A DNA stretch of 63,284 nt, counting the filler, from Octopus bimaculoides (lineage: Eukaryota), in NCBI RefSeq assembly GCF_001194135.2. It is 4 parts of 4 records of this genome, joined end to end, with 100 filler letters (N's around TTAATTAATTAA, not from the genome) between each part and the next. Parts side by side here need not be neighbours in the genome. Positions count along the whole stretch, not along the records: positions 1 to 7,222 come from NC_068989.1; positions 7,323 to 31,953 come from NC_068984.1; 2 more parts are not named here. The stretch is one strand, 5' to 3'. The notes below the pieces were generated by a model. It saw only the letters and a list, made by a program, of their open reading frames with translations. It did no database searches and was not told where the DNA came from. Shown here piece after piece: positions 1 to 12,526 of the stretch (position 1 is the stretch's first letter; each line of letters starts with the position of its first letter). The translations under genes were made by a program, and so were the position numbers.

Positions 1-1085
1 ATAGTAGAAGACACTTGCCCAAGATGCCACGCAGTGGGACTGAACCCGGGACAACATATATATATTCTATACTATAAATTGGACATGGGCGATCGTTGTA
101 TTCTTTCTTGTCTTGAGGTTCACAGCCAAACAGCAGGGTGGATTCGCGTGAAAAATGGCACACATGTGGTGACGGATGCATAGATTGGAATGCGGTTTGT
201 ATTTTTTTTTCCTAGCCCCCATAGTTACCGAGAAAATCGATTAAAACCTTTTCTAATGGAATTCCTCTCTTTGTTCCGCCATTAAAACAACCAGTTGCTC
301 AAACAGCCGGCATATACCATTTCGCTAGCAACAAGGGGAGTACAGGATGACAGTCAGCCAAAGCTTTCGCTATGTTGTCTCTCTTCTTTCACCTTTTTGT
401 GGGGTTAATAATCTTAAGCTTTAGTTACAGTTTCTCATTCAAACTACATAATAGTCATAATTGTCGGATTAAGACAGTAAGCTGTTTTGTGGTAGAATTG
501 GCTGCTATTTCTACCAGGTTTAGCTACCATGTAGAGGTCTGAACTTAATTTTCATTCACATATTTGCATTTCAAAAATTTAACATAATCTTTTCCATAAA
601 TCAACTATTGTAAACACGTACACACGCGCAAACACGAACGTGCGCGCGCGTGCACACCCACCCACACATGCACACACACACACATTCACACACACACATA
701 CACATACGTCCATTTCATATATCTTCTTTCAATTTCTGCTCTCTGCAAAAAAATTTTTTTCAGATACAACTGCTTACAAAAATTGGAATTAATGTATAAT
801 TTCTTTCTATGTTCATAATTAAATCAATGTTTTAATGATTAGACAGAGTTCCAATAGAAACAGACTACGTACAACTTCGTTCTTCACGACTCCTGAAGGT
901 GTTTCTTGACAAGAGGGGTGAGGAGTCAGGAAATTTTCATACAGCTGGAGGCTCCAATCGAAACAGGGGACCCGAAATGATAAAGTTGAGAAACGCTGTT
1001 ACAGATTATGCCTAACCGAAAACGATCACAACCACATTATCCAAACAGACCGGGTGAAACCGGGCTTAGCTGCTTATATAATATA

Positions 1086-1121
<36 letters not shown>

Positions 1122-1754
1122 TGCATGTGTGTATGTATGTATGTATGCATGTATGTATGTATGTATGTATTATGTATATATGTGCGTGTGTGTGTTTGTG
1201 TGTTTGTATGAGTGTGTGTGAGAGTGTATGTGTATGCGTGTGTCTGTGTGTACGAAAATGAGCACTGGAGAAGGTTGAGGTTTATGGTAAACAAAATATT
1301 TATTCTTTTCGTAAACGCAGGAAAATGCTCTCGTTACTACAAGCGACAAAACATCGAGAGAATTTGAATGTTATTGTTTTTAGTGCGGTTGTAACAGCAA
1401 AGTGTGGTTAGTTGGTGGTGCTGTTGTTGCTGTCGTCGTTCGTCATTGTTTAGCTGTTGTCAGTTTGGGTCAGCAGCTGTCCGCATCAGTTCGCCATTTT
1501 TCTGCTGTCTCACTGTCAAAGTAACTAAGATGTGCTGAATTTATAATGTTGGATAGGCTCAGAGAGAAAGGTGCAGAAAGATGGAATTGTTATTGGAACC
1601 AGTTCTAGGACAAGTCGTGATTGGTTAGATTTTGAGAGTAATATTTTAGCGAATCGCAACATCGGGTGATTACTGAATATTCCCGATACATACTTATGTT
1701 GAATGTTGTCCAATGACACTAGTTAATCGAGATGTGGTGCAAAGCTGAAAGAAA

Positions 1755-2990
1755 ATGGCATCCTTGGTCCTAGATTTCCTTTTTTATTTTCGTAATAAAG
1801 GTAAATCTAAGAATTTAGAAGATAATTACCCTAATAACATGGTTTGTCCTAGTAAAACTGTTTGGTTGATAATTCCATATGGTAAGCAGATCAAATCCAA
1901 CCTCCCTTACCAGTTTCGGGAAGCTATAGATGAGAATTTCTCAAAAAATATAGATACCATTCCATTATCAATTCATACCGGATTAGAATAAGATTTTCAA
2001 ACACCAAAAACCTTTCATCTCTTCGCATAATAATAAGTTGTTAAATACAAACCCACTTAATGAAAATAATATTGACATTATTAACACTAACCATTCTTTG
2101 AACAATAATAACCCCAATATTAGTATTTCTGATATAAATTCGAGTTGCATTCGTTTCCTTAGCAGTAATTCTAAGACTAAATACTCTGTTTATCAATGTA
2201 AAATTACTTCCAGTTCTGATGTCTTCTTTTACATAAGTAGTTCTTCTTCTCAGTTGTCGAAAAGAGTATCTAACCATTACTCTACATTTAGACATATCAA
2301 TAAACGCAACAATACTGGGCTTAAAAAATTAATTTGGTCTCTAAAGGAACGTAATAAACAATTTGATTTGGAATGGAATATTCTATCTAGATCCTTTCCA
2401 TATGAAAAATGGTAAATCGTTTTGCCCGCTCTGTAACGAAGAACAATATTTCATTTTGTTCTCGGAGAATTCTCTTGTAAACACGTTTAAAAAATGCGTT
2501 TATCGTTGCAAAGATTGGCAAAATCATATCTTTAATTCCTATAAGTAATTTCTACCAATCTATATAATTCGACCTTTAACTGTCTTCTTACATTTCATTG
2601 TCACTACAAATATCTATTTCCACGCTTTCAAGCTTTATTCCCATTCATTTATCGCATTATATTGCTCAGCTCTTTCTGTAAATTTCTTTCTTTCCCCTCC
2701 TTCTTTTTCTCTAAATTGCCTTTGACAATAGATTGTCAAATCTATTAATGATTTTTAAAAAAATAACTTGCCAGCGTTCCCCTTCGTCATATACGCGGTA
2801 ATCACATTCGGTTAGATTGGCTTATTGATGTATTTGTTTCCCTTTTTCCCTGACGAGGTGATTGCATTGTTTTACATCATTTTATTCGCTCCGGAATAAT
2901 ATCAACATTTTCTTCGAAACATATGTCGGAAGTATAAAGATTTGAATAACACATGCATTTAACTCCATTTCTTAATTTATCTATGATATA
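1755..2990 (+). mobile_element. Decayed Penelope-like retroelement, 3' part (linker, GIY-YIG endonuclease, terminal region)
   Basis: Frameshifted translation TVWLIIPYGKQIKSNL...SVYQCKITSSSDVFFYISSSSSQLSKRVSNHYSTFRHINKRNNTGLKKLIWSLKERNKQFDLEWNILSRSFPYEK.KSFCPLCNEEQYFILF...CRCKDWQNH resembles the PLE pattern WFNPPY...VY...YIG...RxxNHxxSF...W.I...CxLCxxEK. Confidence 0.8.
2846..2932 (+). ncRNA. Candidate minimal type I hammerhead ribozyme in the Penelope-like terminal region
   Basis: TTCC-CTGACGA-G...C-GAAAC-ATAT-GTC-GGAA. Stem I TTCC/GGAA, intact core, palindromic stem III (ACATATGT), GUC cleavage triplet. The ~58-nt stem II region pairs poorly. Confidence 0.5.
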
Positions 2991-3343
2991 CTAAAACATT
3001 TCACTTAACCCTGGAATTTCTACCTTTATAAGTAGGCTGTAACATCCTTGGTACTTATGTGAATTTTTGCTACTCTGGTAACTATTTTTTTTCCGTGTTA
3101 TTTGTACGCATTGAAAAAATACACATACATTTATATATATATATATATATATANNNNNNNNNNNNNNNNNNNNNNNNNNNNNNNNNNNNNNNNNNNNNNN
3201 NNNNNNNNNNNNNNNNNNNNNNNNNNNNNNNNNNNNNNNNNNNNNNNNNNNNNNNNNNNNNNNNNNNNNNNNNNNNNNNNNNNNNNNNNNNNNNNNNNNN
3301 NNNNNNNTGTATGTATGTATCTACGTGTGTATACGTATGCGTA

Positions 3344-3378
<35 letters not shown>

Positions 3379-4620
3379 ATCTATGTTATATGCGTGTGTG
3401 TGCGTGTGTGCTTCTATGTCCGTAATATTCATAATGCAGCTTTAGATCCAACTGTTATATAGATGAGGTTGTATTACATCTAGTGTGACTCTATTCAGAA
3501 GGCTGTAATATCATTTGACAGGAACACGGTATAAAGAAATACATGGAACAAGGTGGTAACTTTAAATGTCTTTAATGCCAGCCACACGTATGTATACACA
3601 AGCTGAATGATAAATGGAAGTGGTTGATGGACATTTATTTATATATCTACATGCATCTACGTGGGTTGTATGTTTGTTGTAAACCATGGTGAGAAGCTCA
3701 CGAACAGCGATATGTTAAAACCAGTGCAGTGTTGTTGGTGTTGTGTAAAGATGTTATTGACGACGTTGGTGAGAGACATGATGGTGGCGAAGAAGATGGA
3801 GGTCGTTGTAAAGTGGTCAGTGATTAGACTTTAAAAAGTCCGGAACCAACAGACTCCGAGACTAAGAGGTGACTTTTTATAGCTAACGGTAGGTTCAGAT
3901 GTAGCTTAGAACGGACTGTCTCACGTGATTTATTTGGAGGCTGCGTTTGGTTGGGTCGCATATTGGCGCGCGATAAAGTAAGAGACAAATTGCGCCAATA
4001 CCAACCAATCAGAGTGGTAGACACAACGGGGTCCAAAACAGCGGCCAAAGGTTAGGTGTTACCTGCTACGTTCGTATGCATGTATATGTAATAGAGAGAG
4101 GAAGTTCACTAGAGTTCGCTACAGTTGTATTCGTAATAACATCAACTGAAAGCTTAACAAGTGACAGGTTTCTTCAAACAATGCAACTTCTCACTCACGC
4201 ATGAATCAAAAACATCAACAGCCTACGTGTTTGACTGTTCTATAATTGGAATCGTCATGTCTTATTGATTAGTTTTCTTTCCTGTTGAGAAAAGAAGGTT
4301 CTTATTTCATGAACGCTGTTTCAGTGTGAACTGAGATCTATTTTTATATTAGGAGAAATTGTAATATTGAATTTTATCAATGAGGATTTATTCACATACA
4401 TCACTACCGCATCGCTTAATTTTGTGATTATTTGTGATTGAAGTGGGGTAACAAAAAAACATCGATTACTGTTATGTACATTTTGGCGATAAAGGCAGCG
4501 TTCAGACACATGCATATATACATATAGAAATATGCGTACACACGCACACACGAACACAAAAGCGCGCGCACACGTACACATACATACATGCATACATACA
4601 TACATACATACATACATACA

Positions 4621-4654
<34 letters not shown>

Positions 4655-4659
4655 CATAC

Positions 4660-4950
4660 ATGATGAAGGCCGTCCGCTCGTGACCGAGCAAAACCATTAC
4701 TGACCTTTAGAAACATTGGTCGCTCAAGACTACCTTATACTTTACACTTGCGACTCCGTTGGTGACTAACGAGCCCTGCTCTTCACAAACATACAGACTG
4801 CAAACATTGCAGACCGAGCTTTCTCCATTTATTACACTAGCAGTGCGTTTTCGAGCAGCTAACTTGAATTCTTCACGAAGAGTACGTGCTCTTTCAAAGG
4901 TATCGACCGCCTCCTTTGCCTGTTTCCTCTATCCGAGGTGATGACAAGCA
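4660..4950 (-). mobile_element. RTE-BovB-like LINE 3' end with (TATG)n tail
   Basis: Minus translation *RKQAKEAVDTFERARTLREEFKLAARKRTASVINGESSVCNVCS...KSRA fits a BovB-type C-terminal zinc-finger region. The UTR ends GGACGGCCTTCATCAT and runs into TATG repeats (4575-4660). Confidence 0.7.
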
Positions 4951-5599
4951 TAACGAAGATGTTCATAAGGATAATGTGTGAATGTGTATACGACTTGAGA
5001 TGAAAATGAACTGGTAAGCGACGATTTATTTTCCGTTATAAAATACAATGACTGCCATACATGAAATAAATAACATAACAGGTTGCAACAAAGATGAGTG
5101 AGAGACTTCGTGGTTAGGCTGGACTGTTGATCTTGAAGACAAAGTTGACGTACTGTTGGTGGTGTGTAGAGGCAGCCGTTGGTCTGTTGGTCGTATGATG
5201 GTCATACAGCAACGATGTAGGCGGGCGTCTGGTGGAGATGAAAGCGGAGACTGGATGTCAGATACATTCTTTGTCAGAGACGGGTTGCGTGTGGTCAGTG
5301 GCGTGTGCCAAAGTCGTAGAACAGCCGAGAACTGCATTTCTTATAGAGAATAGTAGGCTCCCGGGAGAGATGAAAGTTTTTCCGCCAAGAGAATATGTGA
5401 TCCATTTTAGCGCATCTGATTAGTTGACCGTGTAATTTAGCGCAATTGTTTCAGTCAGGGGACAATTTGCGCCTAAAACTGAAGCAATCAGAACAATGGT
5501 TACAACCTGGTATTTATAGCTAAGTGTTTTCTTCTACGTCCAAACAACAATTATAAATTAAAGGGAGAAAAAATGATTTGCTTTCTTTTATTTTGTCAA

Positions 5600-6575
5600 T
5601 CCGTTCTGATACACGAGCATTGCTCTTCCAGTCAGCTTCCCGCATTTCACAGGCCTTTAGTGAGGACTTTACACAGTCCTTAAATCGCAGTTTTGGTTTC
5701 TTCTGGGGTCGCTTTCCTCTAACAAGTTCCCCATATAGCATCTATTTAGGCATCCTGCTACCATTCATTCTAACGTGTCCAGTCCAACATAACCGGTGTT
5801 TGTGCATCATCGCCTCAATACTCAGAATATCGGCTTTCCTCAGAATCTGTGTATCTGGTATTTTTAAGGTCCAGTCAAAATTTAGAATATGTCTCAGACT
5901 TTCTGAGAAGCGTTCAAAGACCTTTACATGACGTTTGTAAAGGGTCCATGTCTCACATGAGTGAAGGAGCGATGTCAGTACACATGCACGGTAAACAGCA
6001 ATTTTTATTCACCTTGTGATGCCATGTTGGGACCAAAGACGAGACTCAAGAGACCTGAAGGAATCAGTTGCTCTCTGCAGCCTGAATGATATTTCATCAT
6101 ACATGGGGCAAAAACGGGTGAGTGTGCTGCCCAGGTATACAAACTTGTCTACCACTTTCAGTATTGTTCCTTCAACCAAGATAGCTGGTTCCACATATAG
6201 GTTTCTTGGTGCAGGCTGGGACATTACAACAGTCTTGTCCAGGCTAATGCTGAGTCCAAATGTCATGCAAGAAGCAAAAATATGATTCACAAGTATTTGC
6301 ATATCATCCACTGTATGAGTGACTAAGTCACAGTCATCTGCATAAAGGAGGTCACGAATAAGAGAATGGAAAACTTTTGAATTGACAGCAAATCGATACA
6401 GGTTAAAAAGACAGCCAGAAGATCGATACTTAACATATATCACAGGAGAGCTGTCCACAGCAAAAGCATGAGTAAGAGTAGCAGCAAAGTACAGAGAAAA
6501 GAGAGTTGGGACAAGGATATCGCCCTGCTTGACACCATTCTGTACAGCAGGAGTGGGGAAAGCCCCGCAAGCTGG
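5600..6575 (-). mobile_element. RTE-BovB-like LINE reverse transcriptase fragment (disrupted)
   Basis: NGVKQGDILVPTLFSLYF...LIRDLLYADDCDLV...GLSISLDKTVVM...VDKFVYLGSTL...MLYGELVRGKRPQKKPKLRFKDCVKSSLK. YADD catalytic motif present; stops and frameshifts downstream. Confidence 0.93.
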
Positions 6576-6857
6576 TATACTTCTATGTACAAATTATAGT
6601 AAAAATTTCAATTATAAAATTTATACAATATTCGTCTGCCTATTTGCGACGTAGGTCACGTTCCACTACGGTTAGACTCGATCAGAAAATCGTCTGGTAA
6701 TTGCCATTTTAATGGAAATTTTGTTTTCAATATACCATCCCCTTGAATCTCAACTGCACTCTAGCTGAAAAATATAGAATACTTCATGAGTCATATAAAC
6801 GTCCTAAACTCAGTGGCAGCGTTAATTTAATTTGTTAAACTGATCTTTATTAATATA

Positions 6858-7222
6858 CTAGCAGTGTAACCCGACCTTGTCCGGGTGTGACTTATGCCAT
6901 CTACGATAAGTCTTGCTAGCTGAAAATCAACTAAAAAAGAAAGCCTTACAACGAAAAAACCCTTATGATGTAAATATGTTCATAATTCAAAAGACGATGA
7001 AATTAATAGGGAAAGTCTGAAGGCTGTTTTGCGTAAAATTATTAAGCATACGTAAATTTCATCCGTGTAATTGGCTATAGAAATGCTTGTGCAAAACAAC
7101 TTTTTGCGCTGCCCTGATTATACATAGCAGGGTAATCCCTTTTCACAGGAGCTAGGATGGCAATTTGTGATGAAGCAATTGCTGGCGATCTGTTGCTAAA
7201 CAGTTTTGCCAGAATTCTATCA
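6858..7222 (-). mobile_element. Helitron-like 3' terminus, truncated by the linker gap
   Basis: The minus strand ends with hairpin CCCGG-ACAAGG-TCGGG, 8 nt, then CTAG followed by T, the canonical Helitron 3' signature. Confidence 0.55.
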
Positions 7223-7322
7223 NNNNNNNNNNNNNNNNNNNNNNNNNNNNNNNNNNNNNNNNNNNNTTAATTAATTAANNNNNNNNNNNNNNNNNNNNNN
7301 NNNNNNNNNNNNNNNNNNNNNN
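7223..7322. other. Artificial scaffold linker (44 N + TTAATTAATTAA + 44 N)
   Basis: Exactly 100 bp with a palindromic six-frame stop cassette in the centre; identical at three sites. Confidence 0.95.
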
Positions 7323-7357
7323 GGTTGTGGAGTTTTTTATTTTTTGTGTGTGTGAGG

Positions 7358-7394
<37 letters not shown>

Positions 7395-8145
7395 CATACA
7401 TATATACGACGTGCTTCTTTCAGTTTCCGTCTACCAAATCCACTCACAAGGCTTTGGTCGGCCCGAGGCTATAGTAGAAGACACTTGCCAAAGGTGCCAC
7501 GCAGTGGGACTGAACCCGGAACCATGTAGTTGGTAAGCAAGCTACTTACCACACAGCCACTCCTATTTAATGAGAGAGATGGAGACAGGGAGAGAGAAAG
7601 AAACTATATATGCATAGACGGTACATACATGTGGTGGCCTTCACAAGAACATGTATGTGTGTGTATATGCGTGAATAGGCGAGTGTATGTATGCTATTAA
7701 AAAAATATTAAGCGGACAGTTGGATGTATGCATTTTCAGATGAACCAACATCGTGAATTGCAACTGCAGTCTGCGACTATAACTTCTTCCCTCATTCACC
7801 AAAAGGTGACGTCAGAACGACTGTAGAAAAAGTAGCAAATGCCTAAGTAATACTCTTCATCCCTCTACCTGGAAGAAGTAAACGTGTGTGTGTGTGTGTA
7901 TAACGTATGGAAAATATGAAAATATGAAAAACATNNNNNNNNNNNNNNNNNNNNNNNNNNNNNNNNNNNNNNNNNNNNNNNNNNNNNNNNNNNNNNNNNN
8001 NNNNNNNNNNNNNNNNNNNNNNNNNNNNNNNNNNNNNNNNNNNNNNNNNNNNNNNNNNNNNNNNNNNNNNNNNNNNNNNNNNNNNNNNNNNNNNNNNNNN
8101 NNNNNNNNNNNNNNNNNNNNNNNNNNNNNNNTATATACATATATG

Positions 8146-8183
<38 letters not shown>

Positions 8184-9030
8184 ATACAAATAATATGTGA
8201 GTATATGCATATATACTATACGTACATGTATGTACATACCTACATCTACATGTATATATAGATGCATATCTGGGTACAGGACGTCACAAAAAAAACCGTG
8301 GACAAAATGAATAACAGCACAGAAAACACACAGACCACATAGAGAACATTTCCTTCATCAGCTGCCATCATTCTAAGCTAAGCGTTTCGAAGAGTTATGA
8401 TCCAAAATATCATAGCGGTTTCACGCCATTACCATTGAGACACCTTAATTTTGGAGGCGCAAGTGCCGTTATTAAGCTACTGGGAAAAAGGCTAGCGAAT
8501 GTCTACTAAGACAGAAACAAACAAGACATTATATAAATACAACAAACGAAGAATTATGCATATATAACAACATGAAGCCTTACAGCAGAAAAAAATAATA
8601 ATTATACGTATACCACAAATACAACAACAAGAGCTTTGCAGCTATCGAAAGAACATAGTGGGGTTGCACAAAGATGAAATGGAGTAAGTCCTAATGGACG
8701 TAGCAGGGGATCAAGCCAGCATGACCAGTCTGGCCAAAGGCAGGGTGAAAAAGAACAACACCGCCTTTACTGGACACCGGTCACGTGGTAGGGAAGAGGA
8801 AGTATTGAGAGAGAGAATGAATAGGAGACAGAGAGAGAGAATGAAGGGTCAGAGGGATTGGAGAAACAGAGTGAAAGAGAGAGAAGAGAAAGGTACGAGC
8901 AAGGGTGAAACGAGAGAATAAGAGTGGAGAAAGAGATGGAGTAAGAGTAGAAGGGGAAAGAGATAGAGAGTGAGTAAGAGTAGAGAGAGTGAAGAGTCGC
9001 ACAATAAATATCCAAGGAGTATTTTTTACA

Positions 9031-9104
<74 letters not shown>

Positions 9105-9860
9105 GTGTGCGTGCGCGCGTGCGTGTATGTGTGTGTAGGATCATTCCAGCATGTGCAGCCATTAAACCACACATTGTTTTCTCTTTTCGTGTTTCCTCTC
9201 TCTTCTTCTCTATTTTTTCCTCTCATCCCTTTTTATGGCACGAGATGGCAAAGACTTTTCCTTTCTTCCCGGGCGTCAAACTAATACACCTGTTTGTTGC
9301 TGCCTCACCGTCTTTTGTCTTCTGTACATTTGAACCGTATGTATGTATATAAAACCATATGTGTACACACACACACACACACACAGGTTAATTAAAATAT
9401 ATTTGTGACATATTTCAACTGCTAAAAGGCAAATCCACTGCAGTTGCCGTAGAGGAAAATTCTTTCTTATGAAAAAACGGTGTACAAACACCATATCTGT
9501 CCAGTGTCATTCCCTGTCAAGATTCCCATACATCGATGTTTCTAGTTCTTTAGCCGTTATCAACGGGAAATATTTAAGAGCGGCAACTCTGGCCTAAACA
9601 CTGCTTGGCGCTGATGTCACGGTAATTCACACAACCTCGGCGGTCTGCTGGCGATATAAAGTCAATGTTGTTGACTGGATTTTAGTTAAAGTTATGTTTT
9701 GATAAAGTCTGTCCAGTTTTTACGCCTTTTAATCATAAGATGGAATTTTCTCCACAGTAACTGCAGTGAATTTGCTTTTAGCAGCTGAAATATGTCACAA
9801 GCATATTTTAACTAGCCTAAACTTTGCTTATACCTGAACACTTCTTGGCGTTGATATTAT

Positions 9861-9904
<44 letters not shown>

Positions 9905-10021
9905 TCGTTTCATTAACGTGAATTACCCAGCTCGTAAATGTGTTCTAAGTAAATGTTTAAATTCACATCTGGTAGAGATAAGGCAGAACAAATAATTACT
10001 GTATACAGTTCTATACTGTAA

Positions 10022-10212
10022 TACAGTTCTATATTTAAGAGATGAGGAATTATGTACATTATTTACATTATTTACATTATTTACGTTTAACGGATATTTG
10101 TCCTCAACTTGTTTGTTCGGCTGATATACCCTCCAACCTTCATCATGTGTTTTGGGGAAATTTCGAACCTCGGTTCTCATTCCTAAGGTATCTTTCGATG
10201 TTGCTGTTGTTG

Positions 10213-10285
<73 letters not shown>

Positions 10286-10320
10286 CATCATCATCATCAT
10301 CATCATCATCATTATTGTTA
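10022..10320 (-). mobile_element. Hammerhead-tailed SINE-like family, copy A (no head; hammerhead partly deleted)
   Basis: Reverse complement of the tail of copies B and D, including the terminal TATAGAACTGTA, followed by (ATT)n/(ATC)n. Confidence 0.8.
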
Positions 10321-10391
10321 CTATTACCGTATATACGCCGTATATTACCGTAGTACCAGCGCCAAGCAGTGTTTAGGTATAAGCAAAGTAC

Positions 10392-10447
10392 TGGTTAAGA
10401 GCGCGGACTACTAACACCAAGATTCCGAGTTCGATTCCAGGCAGTGA

Positions 10448-10489
<42 letters not shown>

Positions 10490-10640
10490 TAATAACATCG
10501 AAAAATACCTTAGGAATGAGAACCCAGGTTAGAAATTTCCCCAAAAAACCTGATGAAGGCCGGAAGGTATATCAGCCGAAACGTTGTGTTAACAACAAAC
10601 AAGATGAGGACAAATATCCGTCAAATGTAAATAATGTAAA
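10392..10640 (+). mobile_element. Hammerhead-tailed SINE-like family, copy B
   Basis: tRNA-like head with B box GAGTTCGATTCC, then (AAT)n, then tail with CTGATGA-AGGCCG-GAAGGTATAT-CAGCC-GAAACGTT-GTGTT (10545-10590). Confidence 0.8.
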
Positions 10641-11484
10641 CAATTACTGTACCGATGACGCCTATTGAGATGGAAACACATATCGACAGCTGTCCGCTTG
10701 TCTCCAGGGAATCAGATAGTCTTTTCTTTAATGTCATGCGAATATCTTGAAGTGCTGTATTAATGGTTGCATTCATTATACAAATGCTTTTTAGTATGTA
10801 ATTTCATTTACAGTATAAACAAACACTCACGCATACGCACAAAGCACACCTACATGCTAGAAGCGAAATTTCTTGTTGAAAATATTTCTCGTAGCAATTG
10901 ATATTCATAATTGCTAGCTACGTGAGGTATTTCACTGCTTTGGTTATGTTTTCATTATATAAATAATTTAGATGTTCTGCAATACGACACTCAGAGTCAT
11001 AAAGTATAATCACTAACCCCGCGTTTCTAAAAAGATATTCAACCCTACATAGTCCGATTTTGTCCGGAATTTCTTGCATGTGTGTATCCCGTCATACCAC
11101 TGTAATTGTACTGTGTCACACTAGTCATGCTGCTACCGTTAGTTCATCTTTCTCCATCTCACCTGATAAGTTCAACGCTGTCAAGGTTGTAATACGTGGT
11201 GGTTGTGTGGAAGAGTTTTTTTTTTTTTTTTTTTTTTTTGTAGTGTTATATGTGTTATTCAATAGTCACAGTCAAACCTTATCAAATAAACCTCTGAACA
11301 ACATCGTATCAACTATGACTATCCCATCTTTTGATGTATCGGAGACTACACAGTTCAATGAATATAACTTGCGTATGAAACAGTAGAGTGTAATCCTATC
11401 AGTTAGTGAAGAATTTAGAGGTACTTTTGCTTGCACGTTGGGTATATGTACACAAATGGCCACATGCCTAGATGCATGGGTATG

Positions 11485-11516
<32 letters not shown>

Positions 11517-12223
11517 TGTATGTATGTATTTATGTATGTATATATATGTATATACACACACATAATAGCAATAATTATGACGATACTGGTACATCCTCAA
11601 AATTTATTTTCTTTTATTTTACATTTTATACAGCATACGTTAATGGTTATGACGACCTACACGTGTTTCTACTCCACCGAGTATAGGCAGGTGCATCCCG
11701 GTATAACATCCTGTGCAACTTCATTCAGTATCTTTCNNNNNNNNNNNNNNNNNNNNNNNNNNNNNNNNNNNNNNNNNNNNNNNNNNNNNNNNNNNNNNNN
11801 NNNNNNNNNNNNNNNNNNNNNNNNNNNNNNNNNNNNNNNNNNNNNNNNNNNNNNNNNNNNNNNNNNNNNNNNNNNNNNNNNNNNNNNNNNNNNNNNNNNN
11901 NNNNNNNNNNNNNNNNNNNNNNNNNNNNNNNNNNNNNNNNNNNNNNNNNNNNNNNNNNNNNNNNNNNNNNNNNNNNNNNNNNNNNNNNNNNNNNNNNNNN
12001 NNNNNNNNNNNNNNNNNNNNNNNNNNNNNNNNNNNNNNNNNNNNNNNNNNNNNNNNNNNNNNNNNNNNNNNNNNNNNNNNNNNNNNNNNNNNNNNNNNNN
12101 NNNNNNNNNNNNNNNNNNNNNNNNNNNNNNNNNNNNNNNNNNNNNNNNNNNNNNNNNNNNNNNNNNNNNNNNNNNNNNNNNNNNNNNNNNNNNNNNNNNN
12201 NNNNNNNNNNNNNNNNNNNNNNN

Positions 12224-12526
12224 TTTGCTTTTTTCTTTTTAAATTTGCTGTTTTACCCTAACCCTAACCCTAACCCTATCACCGATAGAATTGTTTCAGA
12301 ATCGTTTGTTTATGTAGTCGGCACTTAATGTATATCGGCTGAATGGACGTCAGTGATTGGTTGAAATTACAGAAATACGACAATTTTAACATGGAATAAC
12401 TTAGGGATTTCTTTTTTTTAAGAAGACTAAGAGAAAAAGATGTTTTATATGACACATTCTACCAGTGTTCCAAGTTTCAAAGTGTTTCGTTAATGAAAAA
12501 TGTGGCCCCCGTTTTAAAAAAGATCC
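12224..12526. mobile_element. Second, oppositely oriented copy of the same MITE, one end lost in an N gap
   Basis: Reverse complement of about 29216-29520; ends TGTGGCCCCCGTTTTAAAAAAGATCC; contains (CCCTAA)3. Confidence 0.85.

Noticed and set aside
8340-8415. GAAAC...CTGATGA on the minus strand as a type II hammerhead (related repeat at 41925-42075)
   Set aside because: I could not form stem III with an NUH site or stem I.
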